The notes below the pieces were generated by a model. The model did no database searches, was not told the DNA's origin, and saw only the letters and a program-made list of their open reading frames with translations. A program made the position numbers and the translations under genes. Positions 27,901 to 37,478 of a DNA stretch of 64,000 nucleotides are shown piece by piece. How positions within the stretch are numbered: position 1 is the stretch's first letter; each line of letters begins with the position of its first letter. The DNA comes from Bacteroidales bacterium (GTDB taxonomy: Bacteria; Bacteroidota; Bacteroidia; Bacteroidales; UBA12077): positions 201 to 64,200 of the forward strand of contig WTBR01000027.1 in NCBI GenBank assembly GCA_013138975.1, in the 5' to 3' direction.

Positions 27901-30900
27901 AAATACCGAAAACACCAACTAACATTTCTATAGATCTATTTACCATTATAGGAACTACTGTATTTGGCTTTACTCCCTTTGTTAATAAAATTGATGCCAA
28001 TAATTCTATTTTTATAGAAAATTCATGATAATTTAAAGTATTACCATTAATCTCAATAGCTTCATGATCCGGATTTACATAAACCTGATCATTAAATAAA
28101 TCAATAACATTTTTCAGATCAGAAATATCCTTCCCGGTATTATTGAATTCATATAATAATTTTTCCTTTTCATCTGATTTCAGAAAATCAATTTCGGATA
28201 AATCTCTTAACGGATTATCTAAAATCTCATTTAGAATATTTTCAAAATATTTGACATATGCTAAAATTGTTTCACTTTTAAAGATTTTACGATAAAATTG
28301 AAATCCAATATAAAGACCATTTTTATACTCGGAAATATTTAGCGTAAGATCAAATCTTTTCATATAATCATTGTCGATTATATAGTTTTCACCTTGCTGC
28401 TCTATTATTTCATTATTAGAGTAAGAACCTAAATTATTCAGCATAACATTAAACAATGGATTTTGTCCTGATACTCTGTTTATTTTCAGTTCATCCACTA
28501 ATTCATCAAATTGATATTCCTGATTATCAATTGCACCAACATATTTACTTTTAACTTCTTTTAAAAAATCGACAAACGACTCATTTTCATTTACTTGAAC
28601 TTTTAGAACCACAGTATTAACCAACATTCCAACTGTATTTTCTATTTCCTCCTGCAATCGTCCATCTACTGACATTCCCATTGAAACTTCATTTTGCCCA
28701 CTTAACCTAGACAATAAAATACTAAATATCGATGCCATCATCATGTTATTTGTTACTTTATTTTCTCTAGATATTCTTGATAAAGAACTCATTATACTTT
28801 CATTCAAAGTAACATGAATTATCCCTCCATCATTACTCTCAAGTAGTGGGCGAGAATAGTCATATGGAAGTTCTAACATTGTTATGTCAGAGTTAAATTC
28901 CTGCAACCAATATTCCTTTTGTTTTAATATTTGTTGCCTATACTCTTCTGTATCTCTCCAGGTGGCAATGTCTTTGTATTGCACAAATTGAGGCTTTAAT
29001 ATGCTATTATTTAACAATTTATCAAAATCTGAAATTAGTATTTCGTTTGATCTGCCATCTGTTATAATGTGATGCATGTCAATTAATACTACTTTATTAT
29101 CTTTACCATTTATGTGAATAATAGCCACTCTAAATAAACCTTTTGAATCAAGCTTAAATGGCTTAACAAAATCCCTAATAGTTATATTTAATTGACTTTC
29201 ATCTATAATGAATTCATCTATATGCAGATTAATAGAATCAGCTATTTTTTGCACAAAATGATCATTTATTATTTCGAAAGATGTTCTAAAGCTTTCATGA
29301 CGTTTAATTAGTTGATTAAAAATTCCAGTAATTCTTTCTTTATTAATATCGTTTTTTATATCAATCTTACGCAACCTGTTGTAAGCAATTGAATTTTCAT
29401 CTGCTTGTTGAACTATGTACATTCTTTTTTGTGCAGAAGACATTGGATAATATTCTTTTTTTTCAGTCAACCTAACATTTGATTCTGAATCATGTTCATT
29501 ACCTTTTTCAATTAAAACGGCAAGTTCTCTAATTGTTGGATTTTCAAAGACATCAGTTAAAGCAAGTTTAACTTTAAGCTCTTTATTTATTTTACTTAAT
29601 AATTTCATTGCACGGATAGAATGTCCACCCATATCAAAAAAACTATCATTTACACCAATTTTTTCAATTAATAAAGTTTCAATGTATATTTCATGTAACT
29701 TTTTCTCGGTCATACCCTTTGGAACATCAAATACATCTGATTTAGTAAATGTAACTAACGGTAATTGCTTAATATCAGCTTTTCCATTCTTTGTTAATGG
29801 TATTTTATCAATTTCAATAAAATATAATGGAATCATATATTCTGGCAAATATTCTGATAATCCTAATTTTAGGTTTTCAATACTTATTTTTTGCGAAGTA
29901 ACTAAATAAGCTACAATAAACTTGTTATCATTTTTTTCGACAATATTAACCAAGGCTTCATTAATATGATCAAATTTTAATAAACAAAGTTTTATTTCGT
30001 TTAAATCAATCCTGTATCCTCTAATTTTAACTTCTTGATCTTTTCTTCCTAAGAATTCAATTTTTTCGTTATATAACCAACGTCCAATATCGCCAGTACG
30101 ATATAAATTCCCTGTGAAATTTGAATTTTCTATAAATTTCTCCATTGTCAACTCAGGATTATTTAAATATCCTTGAGCTAAATTTTCTCCAGCAACACAA
30201 ATTTCGCCAATTGCACTAAAGGGTTGTAAATTTGCGTCTTCATCACATATTATAACTTGATTATTATTAATCGGTTTACCAATTGTAGTATTAATTTTAT
30301 ACGATTCAAGCTCATTCAAATCAACATCTTGAGCAATAACTCCTATAGTACATTCTGTTGGTCCAAAATGGTTAATAACTTTTATATCCTTATATACTCC
30401 TTTTAGTTTTTCTAAATCATCGACATTTATTTTTTCTCCGCCAAAAACGATTAACCTCAACGTTTTAATATTTTCATATTCAAAAACTGGTGAAGTTATA
30501 ATAGGGTTGAATAGAGATGGTGTTAATTTCAAATATGTTATCTCATTTAACCGAATATAATTAATTAAATCTTCGGAATTCAAATATATTTTTGACTCAA
30601 TAACATGAAGTTCAGCACCATTTGTTATTGAAGAAAAAATTGAGGTATATCCTAAATCAAATGCATATGATGAAGTAAGCAAAGCTTTATCGTTAAATTT
30701 AATATCAAAATCTGATGAAACCCAACTTATATAATTAAATAAACTGCGTTCTTTTACCAGAACTCCTTTAGGTAAACCTGTTGATCCTGACGTATATATT
30801 ACGTATGCAAATTCTCCCTTCTCATTTTCATCTATTCTAACTTGCTTATCTGTATGGATATGAGAATAATTTAACAAATCCAAATTCACAGCATTATACG

Positions 30901-32632
30901 AATAATTAACCTTTTTCAGTTCATTAGTTCTGGTGATTATTATTTCTGCATAACTATCCTTTAACATGTAGTTGATTCTATTCTTGGGGAAAGTTTTATC
31001 GCAAGGTAAAAATGCAGCTCCTATTTTTAATATCCCAAGGATTGATATGATAATGTCAATATTTTGATCTAATAAAATCCCAATTATCATATTCCTTTTT
31101 GCACCCAATCTTATTAATTCATTCGCACAATAAATTGCTAAGTTATTAAGGTTACTGTAACTTAATTTTTTATCATTAAAAACAATGGCGATCTTGTCTG
31201 GATGACAATTAACCTGATCTTCAAATAACTCAATTATAGATTTATCTATATTATATTCACATTTTGTATCATTAAGCTTATTTAATAGATAATCACGTTC
31301 ATTATATGATAAAAAACTAATATCCTTTACATTAGACTCTACCTTTACTATTATAGAATCAATAATTTCTTCAAGCAATTTTGATATATGATTAACAGTT
31401 CTCTGATCATATACATTACTATTAAATTTATAAATAATATTGAGTTCTGAAGAAGGTACTATCAATACTTCTAAATCATAACTATTTCTTGAAATATTAC
31501 TTAGGTCTGAATTATCACTAGTAATTGTATCGGATTGATTTGTAGGTTTACTTGTTTTTAGAATCTGATGGTTCTCAAATACTATAATATGGTTAAAAAG
31601 ATTATTTTTTAACGAAGTTCCAGTTTGAATTTCTGCCAGAGAACATTGTTGATGATTCAGGCTTTTTACTGCATTGGCTTGTACTCCTTTAACTTGTTCA
31701 AGAAACTTAATATCTTTATTAAATTTAATTCTAACTGGTAAAGTATTTATAAATAGACCAATTATTGAATCAACATCTTCCAGTTCTGTGGATCTTCCAG
31801 AAACGACAGCACCAAAAACAACATCCGAACTACCACAATATTTAGATAACATAAATCCCCAAATAGTGGTAAAAAGGTTATTCAAAGTTATTCCATATTT
31901 CTTTGAAATATTTATTAATTCCTGATAATTAATGTTAGAAATAGTTTGTATGTGTTTTTTATAAGAAGCTTTTCCAGACCAACTCTTTTGTAAAAATCCT
32001 GTTTGAGTATTAAATGAATCAAGGTAATTTCCCCAGTATTCAATTGATTTTTTTTGATCTTGTTTAGTAAGCCATTTGATAAAATTGCTGTACTGAATTG
32101 CTTTTGGTAAATTTAATTTTCTTTCTTCTTTTTTAGAGTTATATATTTTCATAAACTCACTGAATACTAACTGCATGCACCATCCATCCATAAGAATATG
32201 ATGAAAACTCCATATTAATTTATATTCATTTTCATCCAATTTAAAGATGGCCATTTTGGTAAGTAAGTCTTTACTTAAATCAAATGAATTCGTCTTATTT
32301 TGCTTTTTAAATGCATTAATATATTTAGTCTTTGAATCTAAATCAGCTATATTGCTAATATCTTCATAGAATAATTCGTGTTTTCTATTTTTTAATACTA
32401 TTTGTAAAGGTCGCTCAAGGTTCTCATACTTAAATATAGTTCTAAAAATATCATACCTATCTATTAATTGTTGGAAACTTTCTTTCAAATAATCAAGATT
32501 CAAATCGTCATTGATTTGATATGTAAACTGCATAAAATAAATAGAATCGGATTCATAAATACTTTGAAATAACATTCCTTCCTGCATTGGACTCAAAGTA
32601 TAGATATCCTGTATATTTTTTTTATCAAGCAT
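24959..32632 (-). CDS. NRPS subunit: C(DCL)-A(Asp-like)-T-C(LCL)-A(Ser-like)-T-C
   Basis: 2557-aa ORF. COM-acceptor-like N-terminus MLDKKNIQDIYTLSPMQEGML. C1 SFHHILMDGWC (HH 32198-32203). A1 YVIYTSGSTGLPKGV (~30765-30810), code DLTKVGHIGK (Asp). T1 FFDMGGHSIRA (Ser 29618-29620). C2 MHHIITDGRS (HH 29069-29074). A2 YIIYTSGTTGRPKGV (~27636-27685), code DVWHISLIDK (Ser-like). T2 FFDVGGNSLNA (Ser 26459-26461). C3 IHHIITDAVS (HH 25913-25918). The protein ends ...LFGEFQF. Confidence 0.92.
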   Translation of the reverse strand: MLDKKNIQDIYTLSPMQEGMLFQSIYESDSIYFMQFTYQINDDLNLDYLKESFQQLIDRYDIFRTIFKYENLERPLQIVLKNRKHELFYEDISNIADLDSKTKYINAFKKQNKTNSFDLSKDLLTKMAIFKLDENEYKLIWSFHHILMDGWCMQLVFSEFMKIYNSKKEERKLNLPKAIQYSNFIKWLTKQDQKKSIEYWGNYLDSFNTQTGFLQKSWSGKASYKKHIQTISNINYQELINISKKYGITLNNLFTTIWGFMLSKYCGSSDVVFGAVVSGRSTELEDVDSIIGLFINTLPVRIKFNKDIKFLEQVKGVQANAVKSLNHQQCSLAEIQTGTSLKNNLFNHIIVFENHQILKTSKPTNQSDTITSDNSDLSNISRNSYDLEVLIVPSSELNIIYKFNSNVYDQRTVNHISKLLEEIIDSIIVKVESNVKDISFLSYNERDYLLNKLNDTKCEYNIDKSIIELFEDQVNCHPDKIAIVFNDKKLSYSNLNNLAIYCANELIRLGAKRNMIIGILLDQNIDIIISILGILKIGAAFLPCDKTFPKNRINYMLKDSYAEIIITRTNELKKVNYSYNAVNLDLLNYSHIHTDKQVRIDENEKGEFAYVIYTSGSTGLPKGVLVKERSLFNYISWVSSDFDIKFNDKALLTSSYAFDLGYTSIFSSITNGAELHVIESKIYLNSEDLINYIRLNEITYLKLTPSLFNPIITSPVFEYENIKTLRLIVFGGEKINVDDLEKLKGVYKDIKVINHFGPTECTIGVIAQDVDLNELESYKINTTIGKPINNNQVIICDEDANLQPFSAIGEICVAGENLAQGYLNNPELTMEKFIENSNFTGNLYRTGDIGRWLYNEKIEFLGRKDQEVKIRGYRIDLNEIKLCLLKFDHINEALVNIVEKNDNKFIVAYLVTSQKISIENLKLGLSEYLPEYMIPLYFIEIDKIPLTKNGKADIKQLPLVTFTKSDVFDVPKGMTEKKLHEIYIETLLIEKIGVNDSFFDMGGHSIRAMKLLSKINKELKVKLALTDVFENPTIRELAVLIEKGNEHDSESNVRLTEKKEYYPMSSAQKRMYIVQQADENSIAYNRLRKIDIKNDINKERITGIFNQLIKRHESFRTSFEIINDHFVQKIADSINLHIDEFIIDESQLNITIRDFVKPFKLDSKGLFRVAIIHINGKDNKVVLIDMHHIITDGRSNEILISDFDKLLNNSILKPQFVQYKDIATWRDTEEYRQQILKQKEYWLQEFNSDITMLELPYDYSRPLLESNDGGIIHVTLNESIMSSLSRISRENKVTNNMMMASIFSILLSRLSGQNEVSMGMSVDGRLQEEIENTVGMLVNTVVLKVQVNENESFVDFLKEVKSKYVGAIDNQEYQFDELVDELKINRVSGQNPLFNVMLNNLGSYSNNEIIEQQGENYIIDNDYMKRFDLTLNISEYKNGLYIGFQFYRKIFKSETILAYVKYFENILNEILDNPLRDLSEIDFLKSDEKEKLLYEFNNTGKDISDLKNVIDLFNDQVYVNPDHEAIEINGNTLNYHEFSIKIELLASILLTKGVKPNTVVPIMVNRSIEMLVGVFGILKAGGAYLPISPKDPEERIKYILQDSGADVLLTTKEDSNDFNSNIDLIYLENEIESKVIRNFKIDNNNTQNNRLEYIIYTSGTTGRPKGVMIDSRSLSNRLNWMKNYYNVSSEDIFIQKTPYTFDVSVWELYLWAICGAKLGILEPDAEKEPSKIIKAIANNRVSIIHFVPSMLKIFLNVIESDLEKNIDKLLTLKHVICSGEALKKEDVLKFNDLFKSNQQLNISNLYGPTEATIDVTYFNCNNVDKNRTVPIGKPIDNTEIYILSNNLKLCAVGVIGELYIGGIGLARGYMNKSELDNEKFILNPHKNEERIYRTGDLARWLPDGNIEYVGRVDDQVKIRGNRIELSEIESFIEKYVGVNESVVTVNEDQFGNKYLCAYYVRNKFDEIGISEFKLYLGTKLPNYMIPSKFIELEKLPLTSNGKIDKKALPYPLVNLDSDYKEPSTYIEKQLTSIWSEVLEISIEKIGTTDNFFDVGGNSLNATILISAIYKKLQVEISYKDVFNMQTIEKMSLFIVKQKRKIKSQYYFTEKKEYYSLSSAQKRLYVVQQFDKASLKYNIFDRIVIDSDIDLNILKGVFNKLILRHEILRTSFINLNGKIYQKISENIDINIEKYKKDKNNSLDEILVKFIRPFELDKAPLVRLGVLKDENNKMQLLIDIHHIITDAVSITILINDLYKLLQKEKLNLLKYQYKDYSEMQHSILFKNRILEQEKYWLSELKENSNVLNLKPDILDKKNHFLKNELVENFIDKDLTSKIRSFVRLRNISLSSFFLGVCKLMFHVLTQEEDIIIGSVVNGRRSVELLNIVGYFVNILPVRTNPKYDKKIINYLNEVNNKLVELYDNQEYPLDELIVKLRKQGKMYKDSLFGIVLEFNNISTKTRDLQFSSNNMDLRKEIKKADFSLLFRVQEFKDEILLNLLYFTSLYKIETAENLLKYFIEISRQIIEEKSDTIGDLKIGQHRKDIIVKNSTELFGEFQF

Positions 32633-32661
32633 ATTTAAAATAATTTAAGTGCTAAAATCTG

Positions 32662-35600
32662 TTAAGCATCAAATAAAGAATCTAATTCGTTTTGAGATAT
32701 CTCTTTGTAAGTAAAGTCACTTGGCGAATATTCTCGGTCATCTTTATTTAAACAAAAATTTATAATGTTATTTAGGCTTACATTAAAGTTTTGTATTAAG
32801 TTATTAATTACTGAATCAGAGAACTCTTTTTTACTGAATGTAGCACTAATTTCTAATCTATCTTTTATAATTATTCCTGTAAATCCAAGTTTAAATTGTC
32901 TTTTTTCATTATAATTTAGTAAATCCCCCATGTTTTCATACGATACTTTAAATGGCAAATTGCTTATATCTTCACCAAACTGCCCTAAGTAATTGAAAAA
33001 GATTTCTGGCAAAACAGTAGTACTATTATTATCTTTTTTCTCTGGAGTTGTTAAAAAGTTTAATATACCATAACCAATACCTTTATTAGGAATTTTATGT
33101 AAGTTTTCCTTAACGTTTTTTATGTGATCCGATAAATCATTAGATTCTTCAACATCAATAAAAATTGGAAATAATGATGTAAACCAACCCGTAGTTCTAC
33201 TTAAGTTTAATTCCTTAAAAATATCTTCTCTGCCATGCCCTTCCATTGCAATTGCTATTTTTTGCATTTTGAAAGTTTTGTTTAATCCTAAGCATAAACC
33301 CGTGATAAGTATATCATTTATATTTGTTCCAAAAGCATTATTTACTTTTGTTTTTAAATGGTGAGTAGTTTCTTTTGAAAGTGAAAAAGATATAGATCTT
33401 GAATCCAAAACACCGCTCTGTTCACTATTATTAATGTCTAATTTAATGGGATGAATTAAAGGTTTACTATTCCAATAATCAATTTGTTTAGAAAATTCTT
33501 CAGAATTAGCATAATCCTTTAATTTCTTTGCCCACAATCCGTATGAGGTTTCTTCTGAAATTATCTCTAGTTTTTCTTTGTTCATATACTGTTCATACAA
33601 CATTCCCATATCTTCCATAAGAATTCTCCACGATACTGTATCAATTGCCAGATGGTGAATAACGATAAGTATTCGGGTTTCTTTATGCAAATGAAATAAT
33701 CCAATTTTCATCATCGGACCTTTCCCCAAATCTATTCCTTGCTGGATAATGTTGGATTTTTCTTTTATATATTCCTCTGTATTTTCACATCCAACACAGT
33801 CAAATTTCAACAAAGATAAAGGAAGATCTCCTGAGAGAATTTCCGGTTGTATTATCCCATTAACATTTTTATATACCGTTTTTAAGCTATCATGTGTATT
33901 TTGAATTTTAAAAAACATTTCCGTTACCATTTTTTCGTCTAAAAAACCTTCTTTCGAAATAACAATTGATTGATTGAAATGATTTTTATGAATAATATGA
34001 TTACTGAAAAAATATTCTTGTATAGGAGTTAATGGTATTTTACCAACCATTTTAGAATTTGTGGTCTTTTTTATATTATGTAATATCTTAGATAAGTCTC
34101 TAATTGTTGGATATTCAAAAATATCTTTTATTTTTATTTGGTATCCCTCTCTATTTATTTTTGAAATCAACTGAATTGATTTTATTGAATCTCCGCCCAA
34201 TCTAAAAAAACTATCATCAATTCCCACTCCTTCTATTCCGAGTGTAGATTCATAAATATTAATGAGCATCTGATCACGATCGTTTCTTGGGGGCACATAT
34301 GTATCTTTTTTCAATAAATTTGGTAATGGCAAAGCCTTTTTATCCACTTTCCCATTAGAAGTTAAAGGAAAAACATCAAGTTTTGTAAAAAAAGCAGGAA
34401 TCATATATGTCGGAAGTTCATTTAATAGTTGGCTTTTTAAAACTTCCTCGTCAATTTGTAAATTTGAGAGATAATAAGCACTTATATATTTATCACCATG
34501 TGCATTGTATTTAATTGATACGGCGACATCTTTTATATCAACAAATTCCCTAATACGTTTTTCTATTTCGCTGAGCTCTATTCTATAACCTCTAATTTTA
34601 ACTTGCTCATCTTTTCTTCCTAAAAATTCAATATTACCATCATCTAACCAACTAACGATATCTCCAGTTTTATAGATAATATCATTATTCAAATAAGGGT
34701 TTTCTATAAAATTAGTTGATGTTAATTCCGGATTATTTAGATATCCTTTTGCAATTCCTATTCCTCCCAAACACATTTCCGCTGCAACACCTTTAGGTAC
34801 CAATTTTTCATTTCGAGGATCTAGAATATAAACTTTTGCGTTTGATATCGGTTTTCCAATTGGTATATTTTTAGAGTTTTTTTCTACTTTAAAACTTGTA
34901 CTTACAACTGTTCCTTCTGTTGGTCCATAATTATTAAATAATTCGTATGTAGAATTGATAGTTTGTAGTTTATCTCCTCCTGTAAGCAAACACCTTAAGT
35001 AATTTCCTTCTGAATTTTGAATAAACTGCTCACATATTGGAGTTGGTAAAAAGCTTATAGTTATTCCTCTTTTTTTAAATGTTTTATGAAGTAGATCAAC
35101 TTCCAATTTTATAGATTTATCTATTAATAAGATAGAAGATCCTTTTATTAAGTAAGGAAAAATCTCCCATACAGAAGCGTCAAATCCCAAACCTGCATAT
35201 TGAGTTGTTTTATCAAGGCTAGAAACTTCATAATAATCATTATGCCAGTGACATAAATTTGCTAATGACTCATGGCCAATTATCACACCTTTTGGAGTTC
35301 CAGTTGTTCCAGATGTATACGTTATGTAAGCCACGCTATTTTTATCATAATTTACAATTACATCATGATTTTTGTGTTTATTCAGTACTGATAAATCGTG
35401 TCTATTTTTATTCCTTTTAACATTTTTCTGAGTAATATTATTTTTATCAATCTTTAAAATTACATCATAACGATATTTTGTAAGTTCATTTTCTATACAA
35501 AATATCTTATCTGAGAACTGAATATTATTAATTTCGGAAAAATCAATAAATAAATCATTAAAAAACTGACGAGATAAAAATAATTCTTCTGAAAAACTTA

Positions 35601-37398
35601 ATTTTGTTCTATAGTCTTTATCTTCATTATTCTTTTTAAAATTTATTAAATCCTGTATCATTCTATCTTTCTGTTCCAGATCCATTATATCTCCCAGAAA
35701 TATCAATCCTTTGTTGCCTGTTAGTTTTATACAGCTTTTTATTACATTCCTTAAATAATTATGACCATGAAAAGCTTGAATAACACTATTTATAATAATT
35801 ATATCAAAATCATTTTCCAGTATTTTCTCAATATCATGAGCGGGCAAGCATTCTAATTTGATATTAACAATTTTATTTTTTACAATATATTCCCTATTCC
35901 AATCTAGAATACTTTCAGATAAATCTGTTCCATAATATGATTTCACTTTAGGAGAAATTCTGTACATACTGATACCAGAAGCACAACCAATTTCTAAAAC
36001 TTTAATGTTTTCATTTAAATATGGATCTATTTTTTTTAATACGTTATCACCATACTCATCCATTTCATCTCTGGAAAAAGGTTTACCTGTAAAACTATTT
36101 AACCAACCTCCTCCTGTTATATCATCTATTGCATTTTCACCTACATGTTCCCAAAGTTCCTTATTCATTAAATTACTTTTATCACTTTCTTCAACAGCAT
36201 CTATATCATAGGTATCTGTACATAAAAATGTTTCTAAACAATTGCATTGCCATTGCAACCTGTTTAAAAGCCTTATATGCATTTTTTGAGAAATGACAAT
36301 ACGAATATTAGCATCATCTATCATGAATTTCAACCTGTTCTCTGGCAAATCAGTAGGAAGAGGGACAAACGCACCTCCTGACTTTAAAATACCAATAAGT
36401 GCAACCATTCGGTCATATTCACTATCCATTAAAACTCCAACAGGTTGATTTTTTGATAATTTATGTTCATCAATTAGATAATTGGCCAATTTATTAGAAT
36501 CTGAATTTAACTGAGTATAGGTCCAAAAATTATTATTCTTTATGATTGCAATATTATCTGGAGTTTTTAACAATTGATCATAAAACAACTTTACCCAATT
36601 TTCATTATCTGAATGTTTAATCTTGTTTTCATTTAGCACAGTCACTAACTCATTCTTTTCAAATTCATTTAGAAAATCAATTTCATTAATAGTTAATTCA
36701 TCAGGATTAGCTAATCCTATTTCGAGAATATTAATGTAATGATTTACAATTTTATCAATTCTTCTTTCATTATATAATTGTGGATCATATTCGATATTTA
36801 ATTCCAGATTCTCTGATTCACGAAAAAAAGAAAAAATAAAATTTGACTTTATGGAATTTAAAGATTTTCTATCATGTATATTTTCTAATAAAATACTAAC
36901 AGAAACTAACTCTTTAGTAAAATTCTTATTTTGTTTTAAAAAAGCTATTACCGGAAAATTCTGATTCTTAGTAGCTTCAATGATTAATTGTTTTGTTTTT
37001 ATTAACAAACTTTTAAATGTTTCATCCTCATCAATTCGGTTTCTCACAATTAAGATTGAATTTAGAGCTTCTTTTAATTCTTTACGTTCAAGTACAGGAC
37101 AAGTAATACTTATATCATTTTTTCCTGAGTATCTATACAGTAAGATATTTAATATATTAGTAAGAATAGTAAATAACAAATGATCAGAATTATTACTTAA
37201 TTTAAAAATCTTCTCAGTAATTGTTTCATTAAATATGAACTGTTTCAGTTGCAAAGAATCTGAACTTTTATAAGAATTTCTGAGAAAACTACTAAATAAA
37301 AAATCCCCTGAAAGTACATTTTTCCAAAATTCCTTTTCTTGTTTTTTTTCACTAATCACCAATAAATCATTACCCATGTTATTTTCACTTTTCATCAT
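32662..37398 (-). CDS. NRPS subunit: half-C-A(Leu-like code, interrupted by a class I SAM methyltransferase between a2 and a3)-T-E
   Basis: 1578-aa ORF. N-terminal C-lobe only (EKEFWKNVLSGDF..., NDISITCPVL, KNQNFPV). a2 ILKSGGAFVP (~36361-36395). MT motif VLEIGCASG at 35974-36000, preceded by ELWEHVGENAIDDITGGGWLNSFTGKPFSRDEMDEYGD. a3 AYITYTSGTTGTPKGV (~35286-35331). Code DAW(S/F)LGNVVK. T FFRLGGDSIKS (Ser 34186-34188). E IVIHHLAIDTVSWRI (HH 33652-33657). COM-donor-like tail ...ISQNELDSLFDA. Confidence 0.92.
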   Translation of the reverse strand: MMKSENNMGNDLLVISEKKQEKEFWKNVLSGDFLFSSFLRNSYKSSDSLQLKQFIFNETITEKIFKLSNNSDHLLFTILTNILNILLYRYSGKNDISITCPVLERKELKEALNSILIVRNRIDEDETFKSLLIKTKQLIIEATKNQNFPVIAFLKQNKNFTKELVSVSILLENIHDRKSLNSIKSNFIFSFFRESENLELNIEYDPQLYNERRIDKIVNHYINILEIGLANPDELTINEIDFLNEFEKNELVTVLNENKIKHSDNENWVKLFYDQLLKTPDNIAIIKNNNFWTYTQLNSDSNKLANYLIDEHKLSKNQPVGVLMDSEYDRMVALIGILKSGGAFVPLPTDLPENRLKFMIDDANIRIVISQKMHIRLLNRLQWQCNCLETFLCTDTYDIDAVEESDKSNLMNKELWEHVGENAIDDITGGGWLNSFTGKPFSRDEMDEYGDNVLKKIDPYLNENIKVLEIGCASGISMYRISPKVKSYYGTDLSESILDWNREYIVKNKIVNIKLECLPAHDIEKILENDFDIIIINSVIQAFHGHNYLRNVIKSCIKLTGNKGLIFLGDIMDLEQKDRMIQDLINFKKNNEDKDYRTKLSFSEELFLSRQFFNDLFIDFSEINNIQFSDKIFCIENELTKYRYDVILKIDKNNITQKNVKRNKNRHDLSVLNKHKNHDVIVNYDKNSVAYITYTSGTTGTPKGVIIGHESLANLCHWHNDYYEVSSLDKTTQYAGLGFDASVWEIFPYLIKGSSILLIDKSIKLEVDLLHKTFKKRGITISFLPTPICEQFIQNSEGNYLRCLLTGGDKLQTINSTYELFNNYGPTEGTVVSTSFKVEKNSKNIPIGKPISNAKVYILDPRNEKLVPKGVAAEMCLGGIGIAKGYLNNPELTSTNFIENPYLNNDIIYKTGDIVSWLDDGNIEFLGRKDEQVKIRGYRIELSEIEKRIREFVDIKDVAVSIKYNAHGDKYISAYYLSNLQIDEEVLKSQLLNELPTYMIPAFFTKLDVFPLTSNGKVDKKALPLPNLLKKDTYVPPRNDRDQMLINIYESTLGIEGVGIDDSFFRLGGDSIKSIQLISKINREGYQIKIKDIFEYPTIRDLSKILHNIKKTTNSKMVGKIPLTPIQEYFFSNHIIHKNHFNQSIVISKEGFLDEKMVTEMFFKIQNTHDSLKTVYKNVNGIIQPEILSGDLPLSLLKFDCVGCENTEEYIKEKSNIIQQGIDLGKGPMMKIGLFHLHKETRILIVIHHLAIDTVSWRILMEDMGMLYEQYMNKEKLEIISEETSYGLWAKKLKDYANSEEFSKQIDYWNSKPLIHPIKLDINNSEQSGVLDSRSISFSLSKETTHHLKTKVNNAFGTNINDILITGLCLGLNKTFKMQKIAIAMEGHGREDIFKELNLSRTTGWFTSLFPIFIDVEESNDLSDHIKNVKENLHKIPNKGIGYGILNFLTTPEKKDNNSTTVLPEIFFNYLGQFGEDISNLPFKVSYENMGDLLNYNEKRQFKLGFTGIIIKDRLEISATFSKKEFSDSVINNLIQNFNVSLNNIINFCLNKDDREYSPSDFTYKEISQNELDSLFDA
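35420..36180 (-). other. Embedded class I SAM-dependent methyltransferase (NRPS M-domain type) in the a2-a3 loop
   Basis: The a2-to-a3 spacing is ~345 aa, against ~68 aa in uninterrupted A domains of this window. SAM-binding motif VLEIGCASG. The W..S..G.P....EM.E motif is typical of NRPS M domains. Confidence 0.8.
36703..37398 (-). other. N-terminal truncated condensation domain (C-terminal lobe only)
   Basis: Residues ~15-232 are homologous to the other two half-C regions and to the C-terminal halves of full C domains. There is no HHxxxDG. The upstream gap is 80 nt. Confidence 0.7.
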
Positions 37399-37478
37399 TC
37401 ACAAAAATTATTTATCAAGACATTTATACTATAGATATCTCACAGTAAAAATTAATTTTTAGTATTAAGTGTATTAAT

